Source of the DNA: Burkholderiales bacterium
GTDB lineage: Bacteria > Pseudomonadota > Gammaproteobacteria > Burkholderiales > SG8-39
NCBI GenBank assembly: GCA_041558415.1
Contig: JBFFEY010000011.1
Span: forward strand, 3,927 to 67,926
Direction of reading: 5' to 3'
Length of the DNA: 64,000 nucleotides
Of the stretch, positions 9,882 through 19,883 are shown piece by piece. How positions within the stretch are numbered: position 1 is the stretch's first letter; each line of letters begins with the position of its first letter. A program made the translations under genes and the position numbers. Under the pieces are notes generated by a model. The model did not search any database, was not told where the DNA came from, and saw only the letters and a list, made by a program, of their open reading frames with translations.

Positions 9882-12290
9882 TTATCCCAGGCTCGCGAGC
9901 ATCTGCTGCGCCTGCGCCTGCTGTGCGGCGTCGCCTTCCCGGGCAACCTCGTTTAGCAGCTCGCGCGCGCCGTCCTTGTCGCCCATCTCCTCGTAGGCCT
10001 TGGCGAGATCGAGCTTGGTCGCGACTTCCTGCCACTTGGCATCGCCGCCACCCGGCGCCGCGGCCTCGCCTTCCCCGCCCCCGAGATCGAGGCTGATCAT
10101 GCCGAGGTCAGTCGATTCGCCCCCACCTGGCGCGCGCTCCTCGGCCGCGGCGGCAGGCCGCTCGCCGGAGTCGAGACTGAGCTCGAAGTCCAGCCCGCCG
10201 CCAGCGGCGGGTGCGGCCGCCGACGGTTCCTCGGCCAGCGGGCTCTTTTCCATCGTCGTCGTGCCGAGGTCGAAATCCAGCGGACCGGTGGTGTCGACGA
10301 GCTTGGGCCGGTCCTCTGCGCCGGCCTCGGCCGCCGCGGGTTCCTCGCTCGTCGCACCGCCCAGGTCGAAGTCGAGGGTCACGTCAGAGCCCTTGCGATC
10401 GATTCCCGCGGAGGTCGCCTCGATGTTGAAATCCACAGCCGGCGCCGCCTCCGGCGATCCGAAGTTGGGCATCACCGGCGCTGCCTCGCCCTCGCCGTAC
10501 AGGCGGTTGCCGGGATCGATGGAGCGGCCGAGCGCCATGGTCTTTTCCCACTCCGGCCCCTGTTCCTTGACCAGGCCCTTCAGCTTGAGGGCGGTGGTTT
10601 CGAAGGCCTTCGTGTCGCGCCGCTTGGCGTAGATTTCGAGCAGCTTTTCGTGAAGCGCGGCGCGGCCGCTGTCCTTCTGCAGCGCCTCGCGCAGAATCTC
10701 CTCGGCCTGCGTGTCGCGCCCATAGGCCAGATACACGTCCGCCTCGGCGAGCGGATCGACTTCCTCCGCCTCCATCCCCGCCGCTGCGCCCGCAGCGACC
10801 GCCCCGGCGCCCACCGCCGCGCCGCCGCCGGCCGCGGCGACGTTCAGCAGGCTATCGCCTAGCTGCGACTGCGTCGCCTGCTTTTTTCGTTTCCATGCAT
10901 AGGCCCCGTAGCCGACGAGCAGGAGAATCACCAGCCCGAGACCGCCCAGCATGAGCGGATCGCCGAGATACTCGTCGAGCAGACTCGGCTCCGGCTGCGG
11001 CGCGGGTGCCACCGGCCGCGGCTTGGCTGGCGCCGGCTTCGGCTTCGGTGCCTCGGCCGCCGGCTTGGCGGGTTGGGCGGCCGGCTTGGGCGCTTCGGCG
11101 GCCGGCTTGGGCGTCTCGGCCGCAGGCTTGGGTGCTTCCGCAGCCGGCTTCGGCGTCTCTGCCGCCGGCTTGCCCGCGGACGCAGCCGCGCTTTGCTCGA
11201 GCTGCGCGATCTGCTGGTTCTTGATCTCGAGCAGTTTCTGCAGATCGGTGATGTTCTTTTCCAGCTCGCCGACGCGCGACTGCGCTTCCTCGAGCTCGCG
11301 ATCGCGCGCCACGCGATCGTCCTCGCGCGCGGCCGCCGCCGCCGCGCTCGGCGCGCCGGGCTTCTCCGGCTCGGCGCGCGACAGCTTCAGCTGGTCGCGC
11401 GAGCTATCGGGTTCGGCCCTGCCTGCATCGGCGGTGATCTGTCCTTCCGCGGTACGCGTACCCGCGGTGCCCGGCGCGGTCGGCGCGGCCGCGGCAATCT
11501 GCCGGCGATATTCCGCGAAGCGCGCCATGTGCTCGAGCACGACCTCCTTTGCTTCGTCGCGACCGACTGCGGTAACCGTGTCGCGATCGGGAATGCGCAG
11601 AATGCGACCGGCGCGCACCAGATTGATGTTCTCCCGGATGAACGCTTCCTGGTTCGCGCGGTAGATCGCGATCATCATCTGATTGAAGGTCACGCCGGCA
11701 TGCATGTGTTCGCGCGCGATCTTCGACAGCGTGTCGCCCTTGACCACTTCGTAGTCGACCGCCGGTGTGATTGCCGCCGAAGGCGCGGGCGCCGCGCTGG
11801 GCTCGACTGGTGCCGCAGGCGTCACCGGTTGCGAAGGTGCAGCCGCCGCCGGTGTCGTGGGCCCCATCACCGCGCCGGCCGGCGGCGGCGGAATGTAGGT
11901 CGGCGGATCGAGCAGTACGGTGTACTCGCGCACCAGGCGACCACCCGCCCACTCGAGTTCGATCAGCATCTCGAGAAACGGCTCGTTCACCGGGCCACGC
12001 GATGTCAGGGCAACGATCGGCTGGCCGTCACGTCGCTGTACCGTCAGCTTCAGGCCGATCAGCGCCGGATGGAATTCGACGCCGGCCTGGCGGAATGCTT
12101 CCGAGGACGCAAGCCGAACGCTGAGCGTGTCTTGCTCGCCGCTTCGCAGGGCGACGATCTCGATCTCGGCGCGCAGCGGTTCACCCAGGGCAGACAGCAC
12201 GCGCAGCGTGCCGAGGCCTGCCGCGTTCGCCGCAAACGAGGCGAAAAACAGCAGCGCGGCCAAAGCCTGCGCGAGGAAACGTTTGCTCAC
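9882..12290 (-). CDS. fimV: FimV/HubP family polar landmark protein
   Basis: Signal peptide then AGLG.L.V.SALGEPL N-terminal domain, LysM-like VVKGDTLSKIA, TM helix, DPLAEADVYLAYGR, and C-terminal TKLDLAKAY. Located between asd and truA. Confidence 0.93.
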   Translation of the reverse strand: MSKRFLAQALAALLFFASFAANAAGLGTLRVLSALGEPLRAEIEIVALRSGEQDTLSVRLASSEAFRQAGVEFHPALIGLKLTVQRRDGQPIVALTSRGPVNEPFLEMLIELEWAGGRLVREYTVLLDPPTYIPPPPAGAVMGPTTPAAAAPSQPVTPAAPVEPSAAPAPSAAITPAVDYEVVKGDTLSKIAREHMHAGVTFNQMMIAIYRANQEAFIRENINLVRAGRILRIPDRDTVTAVGRDEAKEVVLEHMARFAEYRRQIAAAAPTAPGTAGTRTAEGQITADAGRAEPDSSRDQLKLSRAEPEKPGAPSAAAAAAREDDRVARDRELEEAQSRVGELEKNITDLQKLLEIKNQQIAQLEQSAAASAGKPAAETPKPAAEAPKPAAETPKPAAEAPKPAAQPAKPAAEAPKPKPAPAKPRPVAPAPQPEPSLLDEYLGDPLMLGGLGLVILLLVGYGAYAWKRKKQATQSQLGDSLLNVAAAGGGAAVGAGAVAAGAAAGMEAEEVDPLAEADVYLAYGRDTQAEEILREALQKDSGRAALHEKLLEIYAKRRDTKAFETTALKLKGLVKEQGPEWEKTMALGRSIDPGNRLYGEGEAAPVMPNFGSPEAAPAVDFNIEATSAGIDRKGSDVTLDFDLGGATSEEPAAAEAGAEDRPKLVDTTGPLDFDLGTTTMEKSPLAEEPSAAAPAAGGGLDFELSLDSGERPAAAAEERAPGGGESTDLGMISLDLGGGEGEAAAPGGGDAKWQEVATKLDLAKAYEEMGDKDGARELLNEVAREGDAAQQAQAQQMLASLG
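11039..11175 (-). repeat. Imperfect 21-bp tandem repeat in fimV encoding (KPAAE[T/A]P)n
   Basis: Translation KPAAETP-KPAAEAP-KPAAETP-KPAAEAP-KPAAQPA-KPAAEAP; about 6 units with synonymous divergence. Confidence 0.85.
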
Positions 12291-12327
12291 GATGGTCCCA
12301 CCCTGAGTCTATTCTTGCCGGCCAAGT

Positions 12328-12356
12328 AACATAACATCATGGTCTTAGGCTGGCAA
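12328..12356 (-). promoter_or_regulatory. Putative sigma70 promoter for fimV
   Basis: TTGCCA (12356-12351), N17, TATGTT (12333-12328). Preceded by AT-rich tracts and the palindrome GAGAAA-T-TTTCTC (12360-12372). Confidence 0.55.
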
Positions 12357-12515
12357 GCTGAGAAATTTTCTCGGTTTTTTTAATTTTGCTTAGGAATCAG
12401 AAGAAAAAAATCACGCATTCGATAAATTGCAGGAAGCCATCAGCGGCGCGCGATGCGGCGGCGCATCAAGGCCCGAAACTGACGGTCGTGCCTCCCCGAT
12501 GCGATGCCGGGCAGG

Positions 12516-13640
12516 TCAGTGTTTGACGCCGGCGTCCAGCAGGATGCGCAACATCCTGCGCAACGACTCGGCCGCACCCCACAGCAGCTGGTCACCGACG
12601 CTGAACGCGGTCAGGAATTCGCCGCCCATCGGCAGCTTGCGTACACGGCCAACCGGCACCGTCAGCTTTCCGCTGACCGCCGCGGGCGTCAGTTCCGCGA
12701 GCGACACCTCGCGCTGGTTCGGTACCAGCCTCACCCAATCGTTGCCCTCGGCGATCATGCCCTCCACCTCGTCGAGCGGCACGTCTCGGCGCAGCTTGAT
12801 GGTGAAGGCTTGGCTGTGGCAGCGCATGGCGCCGATCCGCACGCAAATGCCGTCGATCGGGATCGGGCGCTCGCTGCGCCCGAGGATCTTGTTGCTCTCG
12901 CTTTGCCCCTTCCACTCCTCGCGGCTCTGGCCATTGCCGAGATCCTTGTCGATCCACGGCAGCAGGCTGGCGGCGAGCGCGTGGCCGAACTGCTCGCGCG
13001 GCAGCGTCGACGAGCGGATCGTCTCGGTCACGTCGCGATCGAGCGACAGCGCGCTTGTCGCGGGATCGTCGAGCAGGGGTCGCGCCTGCGCGCCGATGGC
13101 CGACATCTGCGCCACCAGCTCGCGCATGTTGGCGGCACCCGCGCCCGAGGCGGCCTGATAGGTCATGCTCGTCATCCACTCGACGAGGTCGTTGCGAAAC
13201 AGGCCGGCCAGCCCCATCAGCATCAGACTCACCGTGCAGTTGCCGCCGATGTAATTGCGCAGGCCCTTCGCGTGCGCCTGCTCGATGACCGGCATGTTCA
13301 CCGGATCGAGGATGATCACGGCGTCGTCCTGCATGCGCAGCGCGCTCGCCGCGTCGATCCAGTAGCCCTTCCAGCCCGCGTTGCGCAGCTTCGGGAACAC
13401 CGCATTGGTGTAGTCACCGCCCTGGCAGGAGATGATCACCGGCAATGCGCGCAGGGCCTCGAGATCCATCGCGTCCTGCACCGCCTCGACGTCCTTGCCG
13501 ATCGCCGGGCCCTGGCCACCGGCCTGCGAGGTTGAAAAGAACAGCGGCTCGATCAGGTCGAAGTCGCCCTCCTCGCGCATGCGCTGCACGAGCACCGAGC
13601 CGACCATCCCGCGCCAGCCGACAATGCCCACTCTCAACAT
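12516..13640 (-). CDS. asd: Aspartate-semialdehyde dehydrogenase
   Basis: [21 protein letters not shown] (catalytic Cys), [15 protein letters not shown]. Confidence 0.98.
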   Translation of the reverse strand: MLRVGIVGWRGMVGSVLVQRMREEGDFDLIEPLFFSTSQAGGQGPAIGKDVEAVQDAMDLEALRALPVIISCQGGDYTNAVFPKLRNAGWKGYWIDAASALRMQDDAVIILDPVNMPVIEQAHAKGLRNYIGGNCTVSLMLMGLAGLFRNDLVEWMTSMTYQAASGAGAANMRELVAQMSAIGAQARPLLDDPATSALSLDRDVTETIRSSTLPREQFGHALAASLLPWIDKDLGNGQSREEWKGQSESNKILGRSERPIPIDGICVRIGAMRCHSQAFTIKLRRDVPLDEVEGMIAEGNDWVRLVPNQREVSLAELTPAAVSGKLTVPVGRVRKLPMGGEFLTAFSVGDQLLWGAAESLRRMLRILLDAGVKH

Positions 13641-13652
13641 GGTTGCCCGCCC

Positions 13653-14714
13653 TCAGCCGAGCGCCGCGAGCACCGCATCGCCCATCTCGACCGTGCCCAC
13701 CTTCTTCGTACCGGGGGTATGGATGTCAGCCGTGCGGTAGCCCTGCGCCAGCACCTGCTGCACGGCGTGCTCGATGCGGTCGGCCGCCGCGCTCTGTCCG
13801 AGCGAGTAGCGCAGCATCATCGCCGCAGACAGGATCGTGGCGAGCGGATTCGCCACACCCTTGCCGGCGATGTCCGGCGCCGAGCCGTGAATGGGCTCGT
13901 ACAGCCCCTTATTGCGCGCGTCGAGCGACGCCGAGGGCAGCATGCCGATCGAGCCGGTCAGCATCGAGGCCTCGTCGGACAGGATGTCGCCGAACATGTT
14001 GCCGGTGACGATGACGTCGAACTGCTTGGGCGCACGCACCAGCTGCATCGCGCAGTTGTCGACGTACATATGCGACAGCTCGACGTCCGGGTAGTCCTTC
14101 GCCACCTCGCTAACCACCTGCTTCCACAGCTCGGTGGTCTCCAGCACGTTCGCCTTGTCGACCGAGCACAGCCGCTTTCCGCGCAGGCGCGCCGCCTGGA
14201 ACGCGACCTGCGCGATGCGCCGGATCTCGCCTTCGCGATAGCGCATCGTATTGATGCCCTCGCGCTCGCCGCCGGGCAGCGTGGCGATGCCGCGCGGCTC
14301 GCCGAAATAGATGTCGCCGGTCAGCTCGCGCACGATGAGCACATCCAGGCCGGCAACCACCTCGGCTTTCAGCGAGGAGGCCGCGGCGAGCTCGGCGTAG
14401 ACGCGCGCCGGACGCAGATTGGCGAACAGGCCGAGCGCCTTGCGCAGCCCGAGGATCGCCTGCTCGGGCCGTTTTTCGCGCGGCAGCGAATCGTATTTCC
14501 AGTCGCCGACCGCGCCGAACAGGATGGCGTCGGCCGCCTGCGCCAGGCGCAGGGTGGCCTCGGGCAGAGGATGATCGGCGGCGTCGACGCCCGCACCGCC
14601 GACCGCCGCCTGCTCCAGCTCGAACGCGAGATCGAGCCGCTGCAACACCTTGAGCGCCTCGGCGACGATCTCGGGACCGATGCCGTCGCCCGGCAATACC
14701 GCGATGTTGCTCAT
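13653..14714 (-). CDS. leuB: 3-isopropylmalate dehydrogenase
   Basis: [33 protein letters not shown]. Confidence 0.98.
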   Translation of the reverse strand: MSNIAVLPGDGIGPEIVAEALKVLQRLDLAFELEQAAVGGAGVDAADHPLPEATLRLAQAADAILFGAVGDWKYDSLPREKRPEQAILGLRKALGLFANLRPARVYAELAAASSLKAEVVAGLDVLIVRELTGDIYFGEPRGIATLPGGEREGINTMRYREGEIRRIAQVAFQAARLRGKRLCSVDKANVLETTELWKQVVSEVAKDYPDVELSHMYVDNCAMQLVRAPKQFDVIVTGNMFGDILSDEASMLTGSIGMLPSASLDARNKGLYEPIHGSAPDIAGKGVANPLATILSAAMMLRYSLGQSAAADRIEHAVQQVLAQGYRTADIHTPGTKKVGTVEMGDAVLAALG

Positions 14715-14718
14715 CGCC

Positions 14719-15360
14719 TCAGCGGAAGTACCAGGGGAACTGCGCGCGCCGCCGGTCTTCGAACGCGCGGATCGTGTCGGCCCGGCGCAGCGTGAGACCG
14801 ATCTCGTCGAGCCCGTTCAGCAGGCAGTACTTGCGGTGCGCGTCGACATCGAAGCGCATCACCTTGGCGCCGTCGGCCGTGCGCAGCTGCTGCTGCTCGA
14901 GGTCCACCGTGAGCTGGAAACCGGGGAACGAGGCGCAATCGTAGAACAGGCCGTCCACTTCCGACTCCGACAGCACCACCGGCAGCAGGCCGTTCTTGAA
15001 GCAGTTGTTGAAGAAGATGTCGGCGAACGATGGCGCGATCACGCAGCGGAAGCCGTAATCCAGCAGCGCCCACGGCGCATGCTCGCGCGAGCTGCCGCAG
15101 CCGAAATTACGGCGCGCGAGCAGGATCGAGGCCTTCTCGTAGCGCGGTTGATTGAGCACGAAGTCCGGGTTGCGTGGCCGCTTGGCGTTGTCCATGCCGG
15201 GCTCGCCGTGGTCGAGATAGCGCCAGGCATCGAACAGGTTCGGCCCGAAGCCGCTGCGCTTGATCGACTTGAGGAACTGCTTCGGGATGACCTGGTCGGT
15301 GTCGACGTTGGCGCGGTCGAGCGGCGCCACGATCCCCGTGTGTACGGTAAACGCGTCCAT
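14719..15360 (-). CDS. leuD: 3-isopropylmalate dehydratase small subunit
   Basis: [28 protein letters not shown]. Start reassigned to ATG 15360 (MDAFTVHTG). Confidence 0.97.
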   Translation of the reverse strand: MDAFTVHTGIVAPLDRANVDTDQVIPKQFLKSIKRSGFGPNLFDAWRYLDHGEPGMDNAKRPRNPDFVLNQPRYEKASILLARRNFGCGSSREHAPWALLDYGFRCVIAPSFADIFFNNCFKNGLLPVVLSESEVDGLFYDCASFPGFQLTVDLEQQQLRTADGAKVMRFDVDAHRKYCLLNGLDEIGLTLRRADTIRAFEDRRRAQFPWYFR

Positions 15361-15362
15361 CG

Positions 15363-15482
15363 CTAGCGGGTCGATTTCTGGATCGCCTTGCCGCCCGCCT
15401 CGACGTCCTCGCCAATGCCGCGCATGGTGTTGCAGCCAGCCATCAGCGCGGCGAGCAGAACAAAGAACACAATGCGTCTCAT
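15363..15482 (-). CDS. Entericidin A/B-like small lipoprotein (39 aa)
   Basis: Not in ORF track. [39 protein letters not shown] has lipobox MAGC, the 'CNT..G.G.D...GG.AI' pattern and SD GGAGG. Confidence 0.85.
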   Translation of the reverse strand: MRRIVFFVLLAALMAGCNTMRGIGEDVEAGGKAIQKSTR

Positions 15483-15496
15483 AGCAGCCTCCGGTT

Positions 15497-16912
15497 TCAA
15501 CGCCAGTTACGAATATCGACGAAATGCCCCGCCACCGCCGCGGCCGCGGCCATCGCCGGGCTGACGAGGTGCGTGCGCCCCCCGGCGCCCTGGCGGCCCT
15601 CAAAATTGCGGTTCGAGGTCGCCGCGCAGCGCTCGCCGGGCTCGAGGCGATCGGCGTTCATCGCCAGGCACATCGAGCAGCCCGGCTCGCGCCACTCGAA
15701 GCCCGCCTCGCGGAACACACGATCGAGCCCCTCTTTCTCGGCCTGCACCTTCACCAGGCCGGAGCCCGGAACCACCAGCGCGGCGCGGATGCTGGACGCG
15801 ACCTTGCGACCCTTCACCACCGCGGCCGCATGGCGCAGGTCCTCGATGCGGGAGTTGGTGCACGAGCCGATGAAGACTTTGTCGAGCCGGATGTCGGTGA
15901 TCGGCGTGCGCGGCGTCAGGCCCATGTAGACCAGTGCGCGCTCCATGCCCTCGCGCCGCAGCGCATCCTTCTCCTTTTCCGGATCGGGCACCGTGGCGTC
16001 GACCGGCACCACCATCTCGGGCGACGTGCCCCAGGTGACCTGCGGCAGGATGCCGCGCGCATCGAGCGACAGCTCGCGATCGAAGGTCGCGTCCGGATCG
16101 CTGACCAGCGTGCGCCAGTAGATCACCGCCTGATCCCATTCCGGCCCGACCGGCGCCAGCGGACGCCCCTGGACGTAGGCCAGCGTGGCGTCATCGAACG
16201 CCACCATGCCGGCGCGCGCGCCCGCCTCGATCGCCATGTTGCACAGGGTCATGCGCCCTTCCATCGACAGGGCGCGGATCGTGCTGCCGGCGAACTCGAC
16301 GGCGCAGCCCGTACCGCCCGCGGTGCCGATCTTGCCGATGATCGCCAGCACGACGTCCTTCGCCGTCACGCCGCGCGCAAGCGGCCCCTCGACCAGCACC
16401 CGCATGTTCTGCATCTTCTTCGCCACCAGGCACTGGGTGGCGAGCACGTGCTCGACCTCCGACGTGCCGATGCCGTGCGCCAGGCAGGCGAACGCGCCGT
16501 GCGTGCTGGTGTGCGAATCGCCGCACACCACGGTCATGCCGGGCAGCGTGGCGCCCTGCTCCGGGCCGATCACGTGCACGATGCCCTGGCGCTTGTCGAG
16601 GAACGGGAAATAGGCGCGTGCGCCGAATTCCTTCATGTTGGCGTCGAGCGTCTGCACCTGCAGGCGCGAGGTGGCGTCACGGATGCCTTCGATGCCGAGC
16701 GCCCAGTCGGTGGTCGGCGTGTTGTGGTCCGCAGTGGCGATCACCGAGTCGCTGCGCCAGGGCTTGCGTCCGGCAATCTTGAGCCCCTCGTAGGCCTGCG
16801 GGCTGGTGACCTCGTGCACCAGGTGACGGTCGATGTAGAGCAGCGCGGTACCGTCGGCCTCCTCGTGCACGAGGTGCGCGTTCCAAAGCTTGTCATAGAG
16901 CGTCTGTCCCAT
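15497..16912 (-). CDS. leuC: 3-isopropylmalate dehydratase large subunit
   Basis: [40 protein letters not shown]. Confidence 0.98.
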   Translation of the reverse strand: MGQTLYDKLWNAHLVHEEADGTALLYIDRHLVHEVTSPQAYEGLKIAGRKPWRSDSVIATADHNTPTTDWALGIEGIRDATSRLQVQTLDANMKEFGARAYFPFLDKRQGIVHVIGPEQGATLPGMTVVCGDSHTSTHGAFACLAHGIGTSEVEHVLATQCLVAKKMQNMRVLVEGPLARGVTAKDVVLAIIGKIGTAGGTGCAVEFAGSTIRALSMEGRMTLCNMAIEAGARAGMVAFDDATLAYVQGRPLAPVGPEWDQAVIYWRTLVSDPDATFDRELSLDARGILPQVTWGTSPEMVVPVDATVPDPEKEKDALRREGMERALVYMGLTPRTPITDIRLDKVFIGSCTNSRIEDLRHAAAVVKGRKVASSIRAALVVPGSGLVKVQAEKEGLDRVFREAGFEWREPGCSMCLAMNADRLEPGERCAATSNRNFEGRQGAGGRTHLVSPAMAAAAAVAGHFVDIRNWR

Positions 16913-16995
16913 GGCGTCGCGGGCTCGACTGAAAGCGTTGAATTATCCCACAGCGCCACGCGCTTTTTGCCGCCGCCGCGCCGCGACGGCGCCGC

Positions 16996-17835
16996 TCAGC
17001 CGCCGCGCCGGGCGCGCTCGTAGAGCGGCATCACGCGATCGGCGTAGAGGCGCAGGTCGGCGATGCGGCTTTCGTAGGACGGGTGGGTGGAAAGAAACTG
17101 CGGTGGCTGTCCTTCGCCGAGCGCGCCCATCTTCTGCCACAGCGTGATCGCCGCCCGCGGGTCGTACCCGGCGCGCGCCGCCAGCTCGACGCCGACGCGG
17201 TCGGCCTCCGTTTCGAAGGCCCGCGAGTTGGGCTTCATGATGGTGACGTCGACGACGATCGCCGAGAGATCCATCGCGCCGCTCGACATCCCGGTCGCGG
17301 CACCCAGGATGCTGAGGCCGATGCTCGCCGCCATCGCCTGCGAGGCGCGCTCCCGGCCGTGCTCGCGCAGCGCGTGGGCGATCTCGTGGCCCATGATCGC
17401 GGCGAGTTCGGCGTCGGTCGGCTTGAGCCGCTCGATGAGGCCCGTGTAGACGGCCATCTTGCCCCCCGGCATGCACCAGGCGTTGACCGCCTTCGCGCTG
17501 AGCACGTTCGTCTCCCAGGCCCAGCCGCGCGCGTCGGCGCGGAACGCCCCGCTCGCCGTGATGAGCCGCGCCGCGATCGCGCGCACGCGCGCCACCTGCT
17601 GCGGGTTGCGGTTGAGGCGCCCGGCGCGCTGCGCCGCGGCCATCTCCTGGCGGTAGGCCTGTGCCGCGCTGCGGTTGACCTCCTCGGAGGAGAGCAGCAT
17701 GGTCTGCTGGCGCTCGACGCCGACCGCGCCGGTGTCCGTCGTGCGCGCGCTCTGGCAGCCCCCCAGCGCGAGCGCCGACAGGGCGAGGGCGAGCCCCGCG
17801 GTCGTCCGCAGCCTGTCGAAGAACAGCTCAGGCAT
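16996..17835 (-). CDS. M48 family zinc metallopeptidase, probable lipoprotein
   Basis: NAWCMPGGK, HEIAH (HExxH), E.EADRVG, STHP; lipobox-like ALGGC. Confidence 0.9.
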   Translation of the reverse strand: MPELFFDRLRTTAGLALALSALALGGCQSARTTDTGAVGVERQQTMLLSSEEVNRSAAQAYRQEMAAAQRAGRLNRNPQQVARVRAIAARLITASGAFRADARGWAWETNVLSAKAVNAWCMPGGKMAVYTGLIERLKPTDAELAAIMGHEIAHALREHGRERASQAMAASIGLSILGAATGMSSGAMDLSAIVVDVTIMKPNSRAFETEADRVGVELAARAGYDPRAAITLWQKMGALGEGQPPQFLSTHPSYESRIADLRLYADRVMPLYERARRGG

Positions 17836-17844
17836 CGTCGTTCA

Positions 17845-19008
17845 TCAAACCTCTCGTGGCGTTACCCGCCAGGCCAACAGCGCTGCGCCGACCAGCCCGG
17901 CGAGCGAGCTGATGGTAAAGGTCCAGCCCGGCCCGAGCGCAGCCCAGCTCCAGCCTGCGAGCAGGGTTCCGGCGGCCCCCCCGAGGCCGTAGGAAACGCT
18001 CGAGTACACCGCCTGGCCGCGCGCCTGCTGTGCGCCGCTGAAGGCGCGGTGAATCATGGCAACCGAGGCCGCATGATAAACGCCGAAGGTGGCCGCATGC
18101 AGCAGCTGCGCGGCCGCGAGCAGCAGCACCCAGTCGACCGCCCAGCCGATCACCACGAAGCGCAGGCCGGCGGCGAGAAAGCTGCCGAGCAGCAGCTGGC
18201 GCAGCGAGAAGCGGCGCAGCAGCCGCGGCAGGGCGATGAAGACGACGATCTCCGCGAGCACGCCGAGCGTCCAGAGCGCGCCGATCGCAAGCTTGCTGTA
18301 GCCGGCGTGCGACAGGTGGATCGAATAGAACGCATACAGCGCGCCGTGCGCCACCACCATGCAGAAGCAGGCGGCCAGCAGGCGTACCACCTCTGGCTGG
18401 CGCAGCACCGCCCAGAAGCGCGGCGCGTCGGGCGCCGCCTCGCTGCGCAGCGGCCGCGCCGGCAGACCGCAGGCGGCGACGAGCGCACCGAGCGCGAGCA
18501 CCCAGATGATGACCAGCAGCGAGGACGGCGCCGAGCGGTCGAGCCAGAAGCCCGTGAGCAGCACCCCGAGGATGAAGCTCACCGAACCCCACAGCCGCAC
18601 CGGCCCGTAGCGGCCGGACTGGGCGCCGAGCGCCGAAAGCGCGAGCGACTCGACGATCGGCATGGCACCGGCCGAGGCCACGCTGAGGGCCAGCATCACC
18701 GCAGCAATGCCGTACACGTCGTCGATCCAGAACAGCGCCCCGTAGCCAATGACCAGCGCCACGCCCGAGAGCACCACGATCGCGCGGTGCCATTGCGCAC
18801 GGTCGGCCACCCAGCCCCAAAACGCGGGCGCGAAGACGCGCGCGATCTGCGGCATCGCCAGCACCAAGGCGATCTGCGCTGCGCGCAGGCCGAGCGATTC
18901 GAGGTACAGCGCGAAGTACGGCAGCATCGCGCCGGCGTAGGCGAAATACGTGAAGTAGTAGGCCGCGAGCCTGACTTCCGCGCCCGCTAATCCGGCAGCT
19001 GCGTGCAA
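17845..19008 (-). CDS. MFS transporter
   Basis: About 12 hydrophobic segments, YGPVRLWGSVSF, LGVLAEIVVF. Start uncertain (TTG 19008 chosen). Confidence 0.85.
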   Translation of the reverse strand: MHAAAGLAGAEVRLAAYYFTYFAYAGAMLPYFALYLESLGLRAAQIALVLAMPQIARVFAPAFWGWVADRAQWHRAIVVLSGVALVIGYGALFWIDDVYGIAAVMLALSVASAGAMPIVESLALSALGAQSGRYGPVRLWGSVSFILGVLLTGFWLDRSAPSSLLVIIWVLALGALVAACGLPARPLRSEAAPDAPRFWAVLRQPEVVRLLAACFCMVVAHGALYAFYSIHLSHAGYSKLAIGALWTLGVLAEIVVFIALPRLLRRFSLRQLLLGSFLAAGLRFVVIGWAVDWVLLLAAAQLLHAATFGVYHAASVAMIHRAFSGAQQARGQAVYSSVSYGLGGAAGTLLAGWSWAALGPGWTFTISSLAGLVGAALLAWRVTPREV

Positions 19009-19115
19009 CGATCGTTCCGCCGCAAGGCATTCAGTGCCCTCGATCGGGCCGGCGGACTGTACCATTTGGCGGTCGGCGGGCGCGAGCGGTGGCCGCGCCC
19101 CTGTGTTCGAACGCC

Positions 19116-19883
19116 ATGGACCTGCCCTCACTGTTCAGCCTCGCCGGCCGCGTCGCGCTGGTCACCGGTGGCAGCTCGGGCCTCGGGCGTGAAATCGCGC
19201 TGGCGCTGGCGCAAGCTGGCGCGGCGGTCGTGCTGGTGGCACGCCGCGCCGATGCGCTCGCGGCTGCGCAGCAGGCGATCGAGGCCGCCGGCGGCCGCGC
19301 CGCGGCCCTGCCCTGCGACCTCGCCGACCGCGCGCAGCTCGCCGACTGTGCCGCGCGGGCAGGCGCGATCTTCGGCGCGCCGGAAATCCTCGTGTCGGCG
19401 GCCGGCATCAACATCCGCAAGCCGATGCTCGAGCTGAGCGAGGCGGACTGGGATCGGACCCTGCGCCTGAACCTCGACGCCGCGTTCCTGCTCGCGCAGC
19501 GTCTCGCCCCCGCGATGATCGAGAAAGGCTGGGGCCGCATCATCAACCTCGCCTCGCTGCAGGCGGTACGCGCCTTCGGCAACAGCGGGGCCTACGGCGT
19601 CTCGAAAGCGGGCGTGGCACAGCTCACGCGCGCGCAGGCCGAAGCCTGGTCGCGCCACGGCGTCAACGCCAACGCGATCGCGCCGGGCTTTTTCGCCACG
19701 CCGCTCACCGCGGCCGTGGCGAACGATGCGCAGCGCTGGCAGCAGCTGGCCGAGCGCAGCTTTGTCGGTCGCAACGGCGCGCTGCCCGACATACGCGGCA
19801 CCGCGCTCTTCCTCGCGAGCCGGGCCTCGGACTACGTGACCGGACAGACGATTTTCGTCGACGGCGGCTTTTCCGCGGCATGA
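19116..19883 (+). CDS. SDR family oxidoreductase (gluconate 5-dehydrogenase-like)
   Basis: TGGSSGLG, YGVSK, IAPGFF, VDGG. Start reassigned to ATG 19116. Confidence 0.9.
   Translation: MDLPSLFSLAGRVALVTGGSSGLGREIALALAQAGAAVVLVARRADALAAAQQAIEAAGGRAAALPCDLADRAQLADCAARAGAIFGAPEILVSAAGINIRKPMLELSEADWDRTLRLNLDAAFLLAQRLAPAMIEKGWGRIINLASLQAVRAFGNSGAYGVSKAGVAQLTRAQAEAWSRHGVNANAIAPGFFATPLTAAVANDAQRWQQLAERSFVGRNGALPDIRGTALFLASRASDYVTGQTIFVDGGFSAA

Noticed and set aside
16913-16995. Leucine attenuator or leader peptide upstream of leuC
   Set aside because: No Leu-rich mini-ORF or U-tailed terminator; only a TG-n-GATAAT promoter-like element about 30 nt from the start.
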